Shown in pieces: positions 8,185-16,775 of a DNA stretch of 37,806 nt. The translations under genes were made by a program, and so were the position numbers. Location of the stretch: NCBI GenBank assembly GCA_964440555.1, contig CAYTSY010000012.1:1-37806 (forward strand). Direction: 5' to 3'. The notes below the pieces were generated by a model. The model worked only from the letters and a program-made list of their open reading frames with translations. It was not told the origin of the DNA and made no database searches. Every line of letters begins with the position of its first letter. Position 1 is the first letter of the stretch. The DNA comes from an uncultured Desulfobacteraceae bacterium (GTDB taxonomy: Bacteria > Desulfobacterota > Desulfobacteria > Desulfobacterales > UBA5616).

Positions 8185-9393
8185 CTACTCATACCGCAAC
8201 GCCTCAATCGGGTCCATCCTGGCGGCCTTCCGAGCCGGGAAATAGCCGAATATCACTCCGACCGCAGCGGAGAAAAAAAACGCCACAACGATAATCATCG
8301 GGTTAAAGACAAAGGGAACCTGCAAAACCCGGCATAATCCGATGGAGGCGGCAATCGCTGCGAGGATTCCAAAAATGCCGCCGAATGAGGCCAGCACCAC
8401 CGCTTCCACCAGAAACTGGGTGAGGACGTCTCTTTCCAGAGCGCCGATCGCCAGACGCGTACCGATTTCACGGGTTCTTTCGGTTACCGAGACCAGCATG
8501 ATGTTCATGATGCCGATGCCCCCCACCAAAAGGCTGACGGCGGCGACGGCTCCCAGCAGGGCGGTGAGGACCTTGGTTGTTGCGGACAGGGTATTGGCGA
8601 TTTCTTTCATGTCGATGATGGTAAAATCAATGCTTTTATCCGGACTTATCCGGCGCTGGTCTCTTAACAGGCGCGTGATGTCGGCCTGGGCTTTTTCCGT
8701 AGACTCGCCTTTCCTGACGGAGACCTGGATCATCCCGATATCCGTGTTGCCCGATATCCGTCTTTGAAAGGTGCGAAGGGGAACAAGGATCAAATCATCC
8801 TGATCCGTTCCAAATCCGGACTGTCCTTTTTCACCGAGGATTCCGATGACTTCGCAGGAAAGCCTGTTCAATCGGATGGGGATTCCCAATGGATTCTGAC
8901 CCCCGAAAAGTTCTTTTTTCACCGTTTGTCCGATAATGCAAATGGTCCTGCCGGCTTTCATTTCCCCATCGGAAAAAGGCCGGCCGGCGACCAGTTCCCA
9001 GTTTCTTGCCGTTAAAAAATCATTGTTTGTACCGGTGACCATGACGGACCGGTTGACATTGGAAAAAACCGTTGTTACGCTTTTTGAAGCAGACGGGGCA
9101 ACGGCCGAAACAGAGCTGATTTCACGGGAAATGGCCTCGGCATCCTTGATGCTGAAGGGAGCGGCCTCGGAGGGGCCGCCGCCCGGCCCCCGGTGCTGGC
9201 CCGGCCGTATCATCAGCAGGTTGCTCCCCAGTTTCTCAATGTCCTGCGTAACCTTGGCCGTGGCGCCGCTGCCGATGGTCACCATGATGATGACGGCTGC
9301 AACGCCGATGACAATGCCCAAAACCGTCAAAAAGGAACGCAGGACGTTTTTTTTGATTTCCCGCAATGCCAGCAAAAATGCATTCCATCCCAT
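8185..9393 (-). CDS. MacB/FtsX-type ABC efflux permease with a large periplasmic domain
   Basis: The typical N-terminus MGWNAFLLALREIKKNVLRSFLT is present, with one TM, a ~220-aa periplasmic domain and a C-terminal FtsX 3-TM bundle (...PARKAARMDPIEALRYE). The track start at 9492 translates repeat DNA ([13 protein letters not shown]). ATG 9393 is preferred. Confidence 0.9.
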   Translation of the reverse strand: MGWNAFLLALREIKKNVLRSFLTVLGIVIGVAAVIIMVTIGSGATAKVTQDIEKLGSNLLMIRPGQHRGPGGGPSEAAPFSIKDAEAISREISSVSAVAPSASKSVTTVFSNVNRSVMVTGTNNDFLTARNWELVAGRPFSDGEMKAGRTICIIGQTVKKELFGGQNPLGIPIRLNRLSCEVIGILGEKGQSGFGTDQDDLILVPLRTFQRRISGNTDIGMIQVSVRKGESTEKAQADITRLLRDQRRISPDKSIDFTIIDMKEIANTLSATTKVLTALLGAVAAVSLLVGGIGIMNIMLVSVTERTREIGTRLAIGALERDVLTQFLVEAVVLASFGGIFGILAAIAASIGLCRVLQVPFVFNPMIIVVAFFFSAAVGVIFGYFPARKAARMDPIEALRYE

Positions 9394-9397
9394 AATT

Positions 9398-9514
9398 TTA
9401 CTCGTAAATCGTGAATCGTGAATTGTAAATCGTGAATCGTGAATCGTAACGAGTAAATTGTGACGGGTTTTGTTTTTGCTTCTTCTTGTCACGATTCACG
9501 ATTTACGATTCACG
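9398..9514. repeat. Inverted arrays of the heptamer TGAATCG (6 copies at 9405-9446; 3 reverse copies ACGATTC at 9491-9511) in the ATPase-to-permease spacer
   Basis: Read directly: taaatcg tgaatcg tgaattg taaatcg tgaatcg tgaatcg, flanked by the 8-bp inverted pair ttactcgt/acgagtaa. The right arm acgattc acgattt acgattc is the reverse complement of the left unit. Confidence 0.9.
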
Positions 9515-10223
9515 GCATTTCAACATGCCCGTCCCTGAAACGGATGATCCGGTTTGCGTAGGCCGCCATGTCGGGCTCATGGGTCACCATCACCACCGTA
9601 ACGCCGTGATTTTCGTTAAATGAGCGTAAGAGCGCCATGATTTCAAGACTTTTTGCAGTATCCAGGTTGCCCGTGGGCTCATCGGCCAGTAAAACCGCGG
9701 GCCGGGTCACCATGGCCCGTGCAATGGCCACACGCTGCTGCTGGCCGCCTGACAGTTCGCCCGGGGTGTGATGTTCCCAGCCGTCAAGCCCCACCATTTT
9801 GAGTGTTGACACCGCCAGCGACCTTCGGCGGGAAGCGGGCAGACCGCGGTAAATCAACGGCAGTTCGACGTTTTCCACGGCGGTTGTCCGGTTGAGGAGA
9901 TTAAACCCCTGAAAAACAAACCCCAGATAATGCCGCCGCAACAGGGCCCGCTGATCGCGGGTCAGGGCGCCGACATCGATGCCTTTAAACCAATAGACGC
10001 CTTGGGTCGGGGTATCCAGGCATCCCAAAATATTCATGCAGGTGGATTTACCCGAACCGCTCGGGCCCATGATGGCGACAAATTCGCCCTGTTTTATACC
10101 AAGCTGCACATTGTCCAGCGCGTAAACAGCCGTATGCCCGCTGCCGTAAACTCTGGAAATGGCATCAAACACGACGATATCGGCCGTAGCATCGATCGGC
10201 CCGGTTTGGGTTGGTGGTTTCAT
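9510..10223 (-). CDS. ABC transporter ATP-binding protein (MacB/LolD-type ATPase)
   Basis: Walker [10 protein letters not shown], signature LSGGQQQR and Walker B LLADEPT are present. The start ATG overlaps the upstream adaptor gene's stop (ATGA at 10220-10223). Confidence 0.95.
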   Translation of the reverse strand: MKPPTQTGPIDATADIVVFDAISRVYGSGHTAVYALDNVQLGIKQGEFVAIMGPSGSGKSTCMNILGCLDTPTQGVYWFKGIDVGALTRDQRALLRRHYLGFVFQGFNLLNRTTAVENVELPLIYRGLPASRRRSLAVSTLKMVGLDGWEHHTPGELSGGQQQRVAIARAMVTRPAVLLADEPTGNLDTAKSLEIMALLRSFNENHGVTVVMVTHEPDMAAYANRIIRFRDGHVEMP

Positions 10224-11500
10224 TTTTGTGCCTTCGCCTGATCCACCACAAGGCTCATCCCGGGTGTAATTTCTCCTGATACAACTTCAGTCCATGTTCC
10301 GTCCGTCGCACCAATGGTTACCTGAATCGGCTTTAAAACCCCCTTTTCCACGATCCAAACCTGGTTGGCATTGCCTTTTGGGGCCGGAGGTTCTTCATTC
10401 TGGCGCGATGGCCGTGGGAAAAGGCTCCCGACAATGCCCCTGGACGGCATGGCTTTCTTTTCGGCTGCCGGAGGCGTAAACCGTAAGGCGGCATTGGGCA
10501 GCAGCAGGGCACCGGCAACCTCCTTTACCGTAATGTCAGCGGTTGCCGTCATGCCGGGGCGAAGCAGCAGGTCCTTATTGTCCACGGACATCAGGGTTTC
10601 ATAGGTCACCACGTTGTTTTCCGTCTCGGAGGCATAGCGGACCTGGGTGATTTTAGCCGGGAAGAAGCGGTCAGGGTAAGCATCAACCGTAAATGTCGCC
10701 CTTTGCCCTTCCCTGACATCTCCTACATCGGCTTCATCCACACCGACATGAAGCTCCATGACCGCCAGATCTTCCGCCAGAGTGAATAACACCGGCGTCT
10801 GCAGGGACGCAGCCACGGTTTGCCCGGGTTCGACGCTCCGGGTCAGAATAATCCCGGAAATGGGGGCCCGGATCACCCCTTTATCCAGATCGCTGCGAAA
10901 GGCATCCAGGGCAGCCCGCGACTGGGCAATCTGTGCTTTGGCCGAAGCCTCCTGGGCCTGTGCGCGTTTAAGGGCCGCTTCCGCTGCATCCATTTCATAT
11001 AAGGACGGCGCCTCGCCTTTGCTTAATTCTCTTGCATGCCTGAAACGTCCGAGGTTGGCGTCAGCTTCAAAAACCCCGGCCCGTGCCTGAAGCAGGGCCG
11101 CTTCGGAGGATGCAAGGGCCGCCTCGGATTGAAGGACCTGGGCCTTGAGCTTGGCGGTATCCAGCGTGGCCAGCACCTGACCTGAAACAACCCGGTCATT
11201 ATAGTCCACGTCCACGCTTTTAATAGTTCCCGAAACTTCTATTCCGACATCCACCTGCTTGACCGGTTTTAATTCGCCGGTGGCCGTGACCGTGACAGTC
11301 AGATTGCCTTTCCGGGTTTTCAGGGTTTTGTATTCAACGGAAGACCGGCTCCGGGGGCCCAAAAGCAGCCATCCTGCGGTTGCGGACAAAAAGAGAAGAG
11401 CCAGGCCGGTCCAAAGAAAATACCGCCTGCGGCGGCTTTCGGATTTTTGAGGTTTAAGCAATCCGTGAATCGGGCTTTCAGCGTCTGGGGAAAAGGTCAT
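10220..11500 (-). CDS. Periplasmic adaptor (HlyD/MacA family membrane fusion protein)
   Basis: An N-terminal TM anchor (YFLWTGLALLFLSATAGWLLL), a barrel-sandwich motif (VDVGIEVSGTIKSVDVDYNDRVVSGQVLATLD) and an Ala/Gln-rich coiled-coil hairpin are present. It is the first gene of the efflux operon. Confidence 0.9.
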   Translation of the reverse strand: MTFSPDAESPIHGLLKPQKSESRRRRYFLWTGLALLFLSATAGWLLLGPRSRSSVEYKTLKTRKGNLTVTVTATGELKPVKQVDVGIEVSGTIKSVDVDYNDRVVSGQVLATLDTAKLKAQVLQSEAALASSEAALLQARAGVFEADANLGRFRHARELSKGEAPSLYEMDAAEAALKRAQAQEASAKAQIAQSRAALDAFRSDLDKGVIRAPISGIILTRSVEPGQTVAASLQTPVLFTLAEDLAVMELHVGVDEADVGDVREGQRATFTVDAYPDRFFPAKITQVRYASETENNVVTYETLMSVDNKDLLLRPGMTATADITVKEVAGALLLPNAALRFTPPAAEKKAMPSRGIVGSLFPRPSRQNEEPPAPKGNANQVWIVEKGVLKPIQVTIGATDGTWTEVVSGEITPGMSLVVDQAKAQK

Positions 11501-11647
11501 TTCGTATATCCGTTTCTCATGCGTGATCGTTTTGTTAATGCCGGTCTTAATTGTTTTTGCAGACGAAAAAACACCGGGATTTGTTTACAGGGTTTTTCAA
11601 CTGCCCATCCTGTGCCATATGACCCGGAAAGTTAATATTTTTGGGCT

Positions 11648-11676
11648 ATAATAGATGCCCCGCGTTTTGTTGGCAA
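11648..11676 (-). promoter_or_regulatory. Candidate sigma70-type promoter for the efflux operon
   Basis: On the minus strand, TTGCCA (11676-11671) is followed by a 17-nt spacer and TATTAT (11653-11648), about 140 nt upstream of the adaptor start. Confidence 0.4.
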
Positions 11677-11744
11677 CGCATTTTTTATATTTTTATGGAA
11701 GACCCGACAGGGGAACCGGAAAGGAGAAACTCACAACGATTTCA

Positions 11745-11773
11745 TTGACATAAAAGTTCGTTGTCACTATACT
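11745..11773 (+). promoter_or_regulatory. Near-consensus sigma70-type promoter for the FAD-oxidoreductase/ACAD genes
   Basis: TTGACA (11745-11750), a 17-nt spacer, then TATACT (11768-11773). An AAGGAG RBS and ATG 11798 follow directly. Confidence 0.6.
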
Positions 11774-11797
11774 TTTTTCAACAAAAAAGGAGAAAAA

Positions 11798-13339
11798 ATG
11801 GCTGAAAACAACAAAGACCCATACGATGTGATTATTATCGGCTGCGGAATCGCCGGGGCTACGGCCGGAGCCTTATTGGCTTCAAGGGCGAAAAAAAAAG
11901 TTCTGGTACTTGAAAGAGCAACGCGCACAGGAGGGAGAACCATTTCCTTCAGGGGGGAAGGGATCAAAACCACGGACGATTATCAGAAAGACCTCGCGGT
12001 TGCGGCCAACACCCGAGTCAGCGAACACACAAAGCCGCCGCTCAAAGAGATCATCGCCGACAAACTCCTTGACGGGTATGTACTGGAGTCCGGGGGCAGA
12101 GCCGGATGGTACACCAACCGCGGCCGCGTGAGCCATTTTCTCGCTGCCTTCAACAAACCTTCCATTTTTTATCCCAACGTGGGATTCGTATGGTTTGATC
12201 ATGAGTATAGGCTTTACGACGTCAAAAGAGGCGCCGGCTTCGAATGGATGTCGCACGAAGATATGGCGGAAACCAAGAAGATCGGCAGGGCGATATTATC
12301 CGTCGGTACCCCGGAAAATGCCGAAAAATATGACCGTGTCTCTGTAAAAGAATTTATGGACGCAATCACCGACAATCCCATGGCCCGGGAATTTTATAAC
12401 AACGTGTGCACCTTCCACACCGTCGTCAATGACCCCTGCCTGATGAGTATCAAAGAATCCATGAAGGCGACCTTAATATCCGAATGGGCGAAATGTTATC
12501 AAAATTATGGGGCGTGGGCTTTTTGCGGCGCACCAGGTCATGGGTATATCGTGGATAGCCTTGCCGATGAAATAAGACAACATGGCGGTGAGATCCTTAC
12601 CGGGGTCCGTGTCAAGGAAATCCTCATTAAAGACGGGCAAGCCCATGGCGTGGCGGTTGAGATGGATGGACAGATATCGGAAATATATGCGCCGGTGGTC
12701 ATTTGCACCGCTCCTCCGGATCGGTTGTTGGAAATTGTCCCCCAAGAGGCCTTGTCGCAGGATCTGTTTGTCCGTCTGAAAAACACGACCAAAGCAGGCT
12801 GCATCACCATCTGGCTGGGCATGAACAAACCGCTTACCGGTTTTACGGAAACGCCGATCAACCTAAGGAGTTTTTTTGTCGCTCCCGTAATCGCGACCGC
12901 CGAAGAGGGCTTTCAGGGAAATGTGCCCCTTGTTGGAGTCGATATATCCAGCATCGCTCCGACCATGGCGCCTGAAGGAAAGTATCTGGGGGTGATGGTG
13001 GCCAATATCCTCGGCCCGGAAACCCGGGACAAAGACAAGGTCTCTCTGATCATCCAAAGAATGCTTGATTTCGCGGATAAGGCGTTTCCAAATTATACGT
13101 CGGCGGTGAACTGGCGGATCGTCGCCATTACGGAAACCGCCTTATGCTGGCGCAAACCCGAAGATAAAAAGCCGGAGAACGTGTGCAGCACGGTTAAAGG
13201 GCTCTATTTTGCCGGCGATGCATACGGAGAAAAGGCCAACACCGGCGGAATCGAGGCTGCCTGTCATTCCGGAATACTTTGCGCCAATGAAATCACCGGG
13301 ATGAATTTCCTGGAGCTATTGCCGTCTATTCTTCGTTGA
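11798..13339 (+). CDS. FAD/NAD(P)-binding oxidoreductase, phytoene-desaturase (CrtI)-like family
   Basis: The N-terminal dinucleotide-binding motif YDVIIIGCGIAGATAGALLA...VLVLERATRTGGR is present, with the C-terminal GLYFAGD motif typical of amine-oxidase/CrtI-like flavoproteins. Confidence 0.85.
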   Translation: MAENNKDPYDVIIIGCGIAGATAGALLASRAKKKVLVLERATRTGGRTISFRGEGIKTTDDYQKDLAVAANTRVSEHTKPPLKEIIADKLLDGYVLESGGRAGWYTNRGRVSHFLAAFNKPSIFYPNVGFVWFDHEYRLYDVKRGAGFEWMSHEDMAETKKIGRAILSVGTPENAEKYDRVSVKEFMDAITDNPMAREFYNNVCTFHTVVNDPCLMSIKESMKATLISEWAKCYQNYGAWAFCGAPGHGYIVDSLADEIRQHGGEILTGVRVKEILIKDGQAHGVAVEMDGQISEIYAPVVICTAPPDRLLEIVPQEALSQDLFVRLKNTTKAGCITIWLGMNKPLTGFTETPINLRSFFVAPVIATAEEGFQGNVPLVGVDISSIAPTMAPEGKYLGVMVANILGPETRDKDKVSLIIQRMLDFADKAFPNYTSAVNWRIVAITETALCWRKPEDKKPENVCSTVKGLYFAGDAYGEKANTGGIEAACHSGILCANEITGMNFLELLPSILR

Positions 13340-13365
13340 CGTAAAAAATATAAAGAGGAGTCCCT

Positions 13366-14571
13366 ATGGAAATCTGTTTTACCGAAAAGGAACAGGCCTT
13401 TTATGATGAGGTGGAAGCGGCACTGAAAAGTATTTTGCCGCCGGACTGGGGCGACCGCCTCGTTGCCTGGCCTCACGATTACAGCGCGACAGGTTTTACT
13501 GATGAAGAAAGTCGCGCCATAGCCGCAAGATTCATGAAAAAGGCGATTGAAAAGGAATGGCTGACCATTTCCTGGCCCAAGGAATATGGGGGCAAGGCAT
13601 TCACCCATATGGAACAGGCCATATTCGACGAACGAACCAGTTATTATCGTATGTTAAACGCCGATGTCATTGCCGCCGGGATTGTGGGGCCCACGCTTTT
13701 AAGAATCGGATCAAAGGCCCAGCAGGAAAAATGGATCCCCAAAATCGCCTCGGGAGAGATTACGATGTGGCTCGGGTATAGCGAGCCCAACGCGGGTTCG
13801 GATCTGGCGGCACTCGAAACAACTGCCACGGAAGACGGGGATGCGTATGTGATCAACGGGCAGAAAGTGTGGTCGAGCACGGCCCATCATACGGACTGCG
13901 CCTGGCTGATCGCCCGCACCGACCCCGCCGCCGCCAAACATCGCGGGATCAGTTTTTTTATCGTGGACAACAAGACGCCGGGCATCTCGATGCGACCTTT
14001 GCCCAATATCATGGGCGAACACCATTTCAACGAGGTGTTCTTCGACAATGTCCGGGTTCCCAAGGAAAACCTGATCGGTGAGAAAAACAAGGGATTCTAC
14101 CATCTCATGACGGCATTGGATTTTGAAAGAACCAACCTGGTGGGTATCGGCGCATTCAGACGCATGTTTGAAGAACTGACAGACTATGTCAAGACCGCCC
14201 AACGCAACGGTAAACCGCTGGGCAATGCCTTGTCGGTAAGACATAAAATGGCGGACATCGCCACCCGGATCGAAATCGGGTACATGCTTTTCTGGAGAAT
14301 TGCGGAGATGCTGGACAAGAAACAGGATCCCAACGTTGAATCCTCCATCCTCAAGGTTGTCGCCACGGAACTGGCCCGGGATATGGCCGAGGCCGCCATG
14401 GATATTCTGGGGCCTTACGGCCATTTATATGAACAAACACCCTGGACGCCTTTACGGGGTCAGGTTTCCCGCGGGTTTTTGACCAGCATCTCCGCCACGA
14501 TAGGCGCGGGCACGTCTGAAATCCAGCGAAACATTATCGCCCAAAGAGGCCTGGGGTTGGCCAGGGCATAA
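13366..14571 (+). CDS. Acyl-CoA dehydrogenase family protein
   Basis: 401 aa with an ACAD N/M/C domain pattern (GYSEPNAGSDLAAL, INGQKVWSS, C-terminal GAGTSEIQRNIIAQRGLGL). Confidence 0.9.
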   Translation: MEICFTEKEQAFYDEVEAALKSILPPDWGDRLVAWPHDYSATGFTDEESRAIAARFMKKAIEKEWLTISWPKEYGGKAFTHMEQAIFDERTSYYRMLNADVIAAGIVGPTLLRIGSKAQQEKWIPKIASGEITMWLGYSEPNAGSDLAALETTATEDGDAYVINGQKVWSSTAHHTDCAWLIARTDPAAAKHRGISFFIVDNKTPGISMRPLPNIMGEHHFNEVFFDNVRVPKENLIGEKNKGFYHLMTALDFERTNLVGIGAFRRMFEELTDYVKTAQRNGKPLGNALSVRHKMADIATRIEIGYMLFWRIAEMLDKKQDPNVESSILKVVATELARDMAEAAMDILGPYGHLYEQTPWTPLRGQVSRGFLTSISATIGAGTSEIQRNIIAQRGLGLARA

Positions 14572-14606
14572 CATACCAGGGCATACCATAAAGGACAAAG
14601 ACGAAC

Positions 14607-15725
14607 ATGGAACTTGATTATACTGCGGAACAAAGACTTCTGAAAAAATCAGCCGTTGATTTCTTAAAAAAGGAATGCCCCGGAGAGCTTGTCAGGCAAA
14701 GCCGGGATGCAGCAGCAAATTATCCTGAAAAGCTCTGGAAGAAAATGGCCGAACTCGGATGGATGGGGGTTGCCGTCCCGGAGGAATACGGCGGCGCCGG
14801 CGGCGATTTTATCGATCTGAACATTCTGATGGAAGCCATGGGAGAAGCCTGCCTGCCCGCGCCTTTCTTTTCCACCGTGGTCATCGCCGGGACAGCGCTT
14901 TTGTCATCACATGCGGCGGAGTTGAAAAAAGAGCTCCTGCCGCAACTCGCCGCCGGAGAACTGATTTTCTCCTATGCGCTTATCGAACCGGATAACACCT
15001 ATGGTTTTTCAAACATTCAAACCACGGCCGTTAAAGCAGAAGACGGTTATACCCTTTGCGGGACCAAGCTGTTTGTGGAGTATGCGCAATCATCGGACTT
15101 TCTCCTTGTGGTCGCAGAAACGGCCGGACAGGGATTAGGGATATTTGTGGTAAAAGCAGATCTTCCGGGCGTTGAAATGAAAATGTTTAAAACTCTGGAC
15201 TATGCCAGGCAATGCGAGGTGGTCTTGGACAACGTCAATGTCAAAGACAGGTATTTGCTGGCCAAAGGTCCGGATGCCGAAAAGCTTCTCCAGGCCCTGG
15301 AGGAAAGGGCCTCGGTGGCCAAATGTGCTGAAATGCTCGGCGCCATGCAAACCGCACTGGAGATGACCGTGACCCATGCCAAAAACCGTCACCAGTTCGG
15401 CCGTCCCATCGGTTCTTTCCAGGCCATTGCCCACCATTGCGCCAATATGGCCATTGACGTGGATTGTTCCCGGTATATTATAAACCTCGCGGCGTGGAAA
15501 ATTTCGCGGGGGTTGCCCGCGGCAAAAGAGGCGGCCATGGCCAAATCCTATACCGGCCCGGCCTCAAATCGCGTTATAAAACTGGGACATCAGGTTCATG
15601 GGGCGGTTTCATTTTGTGATGAACACGACATGCATCTTTTCCTGCGCAAATGTAAGGCTGCGTCAATTGCGTTCGGAGACGCGGACTACCACCTGGAAAA
15701 AGTCGCTCAGGAACTCGGTCTTTAA
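14607..15725 (+). CDS. Acyl-CoA dehydrogenase family protein (second, divergent paralogue)
   Basis: 372 aa with an ACAD-like pattern (WKKMAELGWMGVAVPEEYGG, ALIEPD, GTKLFVEYA, RHQFGRPIGSFQAI). It lies 35 nt downstream of the first ACAD. Confidence 0.88.
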   Translation: MELDYTAEQRLLKKSAVDFLKKECPGELVRQSRDAAANYPEKLWKKMAELGWMGVAVPEEYGGAGGDFIDLNILMEAMGEACLPAPFFSTVVIAGTALLSSHAAELKKELLPQLAAGELIFSYALIEPDNTYGFSNIQTTAVKAEDGYTLCGTKLFVEYAQSSDFLLVVAETAGQGLGIFVVKADLPGVEMKMFKTLDYARQCEVVLDNVNVKDRYLLAKGPDAEKLLQALEERASVAKCAEMLGAMQTALEMTVTHAKNRHQFGRPIGSFQAIAHHCANMAIDVDCSRYIINLAAWKISRGLPAAKEAAMAKSYTGPASNRVIKLGHQVHGAVSFCDEHDMHLFLRKCKAASIAFGDADYHLEKVAQELGL

Positions 15726-15929
15726 TCTGTTTCATTTGCCAAGATGCCCTTGACTCCAGCGGGTTATCGGTTTATGGAAAAGGACTTATTTTTTTTAAAT
15801 CAAATATTCATAGGAGCAGGGCATCATCCGCCATGGGCAGAAAAGACCCGGTACAAATCAATAAGGATCAGCACATTTTTTTGATTTGTTGTCCGGGCGC
15901 TGATTTCGCCCTTGCGGCCCTGGTTGTAT

Positions 15930-16775
15930 ATGCGCCATCATCCGGAGTGGCTTAAACGACCCGTACCTGATTTGCAGGCCATTGAAGGCATGGAAAAGAT
16001 GCTTGGCCGGCTGCATTTGTCCACGGTCTGCCAAAGCGCCCATTGTCCCAATCTCGGGGAATGTTTTAACCGCGGCACCGCAACGTTTATGATTTTGGGA
16101 GATCAGTGTACGCGAAATTGCCGGTTTTGTGCGGTTGCGCATGCCGAAACGCCGCCTGCTCCCGATGAAAATGAACCGGAGCAGGTAGCCCGGGCCGCGG
16201 CTGAATTGGGCCTGCGCCATGTCGTGGTCACCTCCGTAACCCGCGATGATCTGGTTGACGGCGGGGCCGGACAATTTGCCAGAACCGTTGCGGCGATCCG
16301 AAAAATATGCCCGGAATCGGCCGTTGAAATTCTGGTTCCGGATTTCAACGGAGACCCCCGGGCTCTGGGCGCGGTTTGTGATGCACGGCCGGATGTTTTC
16401 AACCATAACGTGGAGACCGTTCCCCGCCTGTATCCGGAGGTCAGGCCCCAGGCCGTTTATGAAAGATCGCTGGCGGTTTTGGAATACGCTGTCGGCGCTG
16501 GGTTGACAACCAAATCCGGTTTAATGCTGGGATTGGGAGAAACACCGGATGAGCTGGACCTTGTCTTTGCCGACCTGGTGCATGCGGGCTGCACCATCTT
16601 AACCATGGGTCAGTACCTGGCCCCGTCAAAGGCCCATGCGGCGGTCAAACGCTATGTGCCGCCGCAACAATTTGACGACCTGGGCGAACGGGCCCGCAAG
16701 ATGGGGTTTAAAGCGGTCTTTGCCGGCCCCTTTGTTCGAAGCTCTTACCGGGCGGATGAAATTTATCAAAAATGA
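15930..16775 (+). CDS. lipA: Lipoyl synthase (radical SAM)
   Basis: PEWLKRP and the auxiliary cluster motif CPNLGEC are present, plus the radical-SAM CTRNCRFC within GTATFMILGDQCTRNCRFCAV. The ORF opens at TTG 15912. ATG 15930 was chosen as the start. Confidence 0.93.
   Translation: MRHHPEWLKRPVPDLQAIEGMEKMLGRLHLSTVCQSAHCPNLGECFNRGTATFMILGDQCTRNCRFCAVAHAETPPAPDENEPEQVARAAAELGLRHVVVTSVTRDDLVDGGAGQFARTVAAIRKICPESAVEILVPDFNGDPRALGAVCDARPDVFNHNVETVPRLYPEVRPQAVYERSLAVLEYAVGAGLTTKSGLMLGLGETPDELDLVFADLVHAGCTILTMGQYLAPSKAHAAVKRYVPPQQFDDLGERARKMGFKAVFAGPFVRSSYRADEIYQK

Noticed and set aside
8127-8207. N-terminal extensions of the OMP (MRRCGMSRELKAESLKLKVES...), the permease (…[13 protein letters not shown]…, 9394-9492) and leuD (30053-30082) given by the ORF track.
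   Set aside because: The extensions are translations of heptamer repeat DNA and overlap or abut the upstream gene. Internal ATGs give canonical family N-termini, and for leuD a good RBS.
9398-9514. Possibility that the repeat arrays are a CRISPR array.
   Set aside because: The repeat unit is 7 nt and the copies are directly abutting with no spacers. No cas genes or leader are present. The arrays are tandem and inverted microsatellite-like elements.
11647-11695. Plus-strand TATAAT followed by a GCGTT...AACGC hairpin and T-run, as a possible tiny transcript or terminator.
   Set aside because: The stem is only 5 bp with an 8-nt loop, and no acceptable -35 is present. The same bases are better explained as the -10/-35 of the minus-strand promoter of the efflux operon (TTGCCA-17-TATTAT).
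15833-15955. Small 40-codon ORF (MGRKDPVQINKDQH...) upstream of and overlapping the lipA start.
   Set aside because: The only AGGAG is about 15 nt from the ATG, and there is no recognisable motif. It overlaps the lipA start region. Sequence alone cannot support it.
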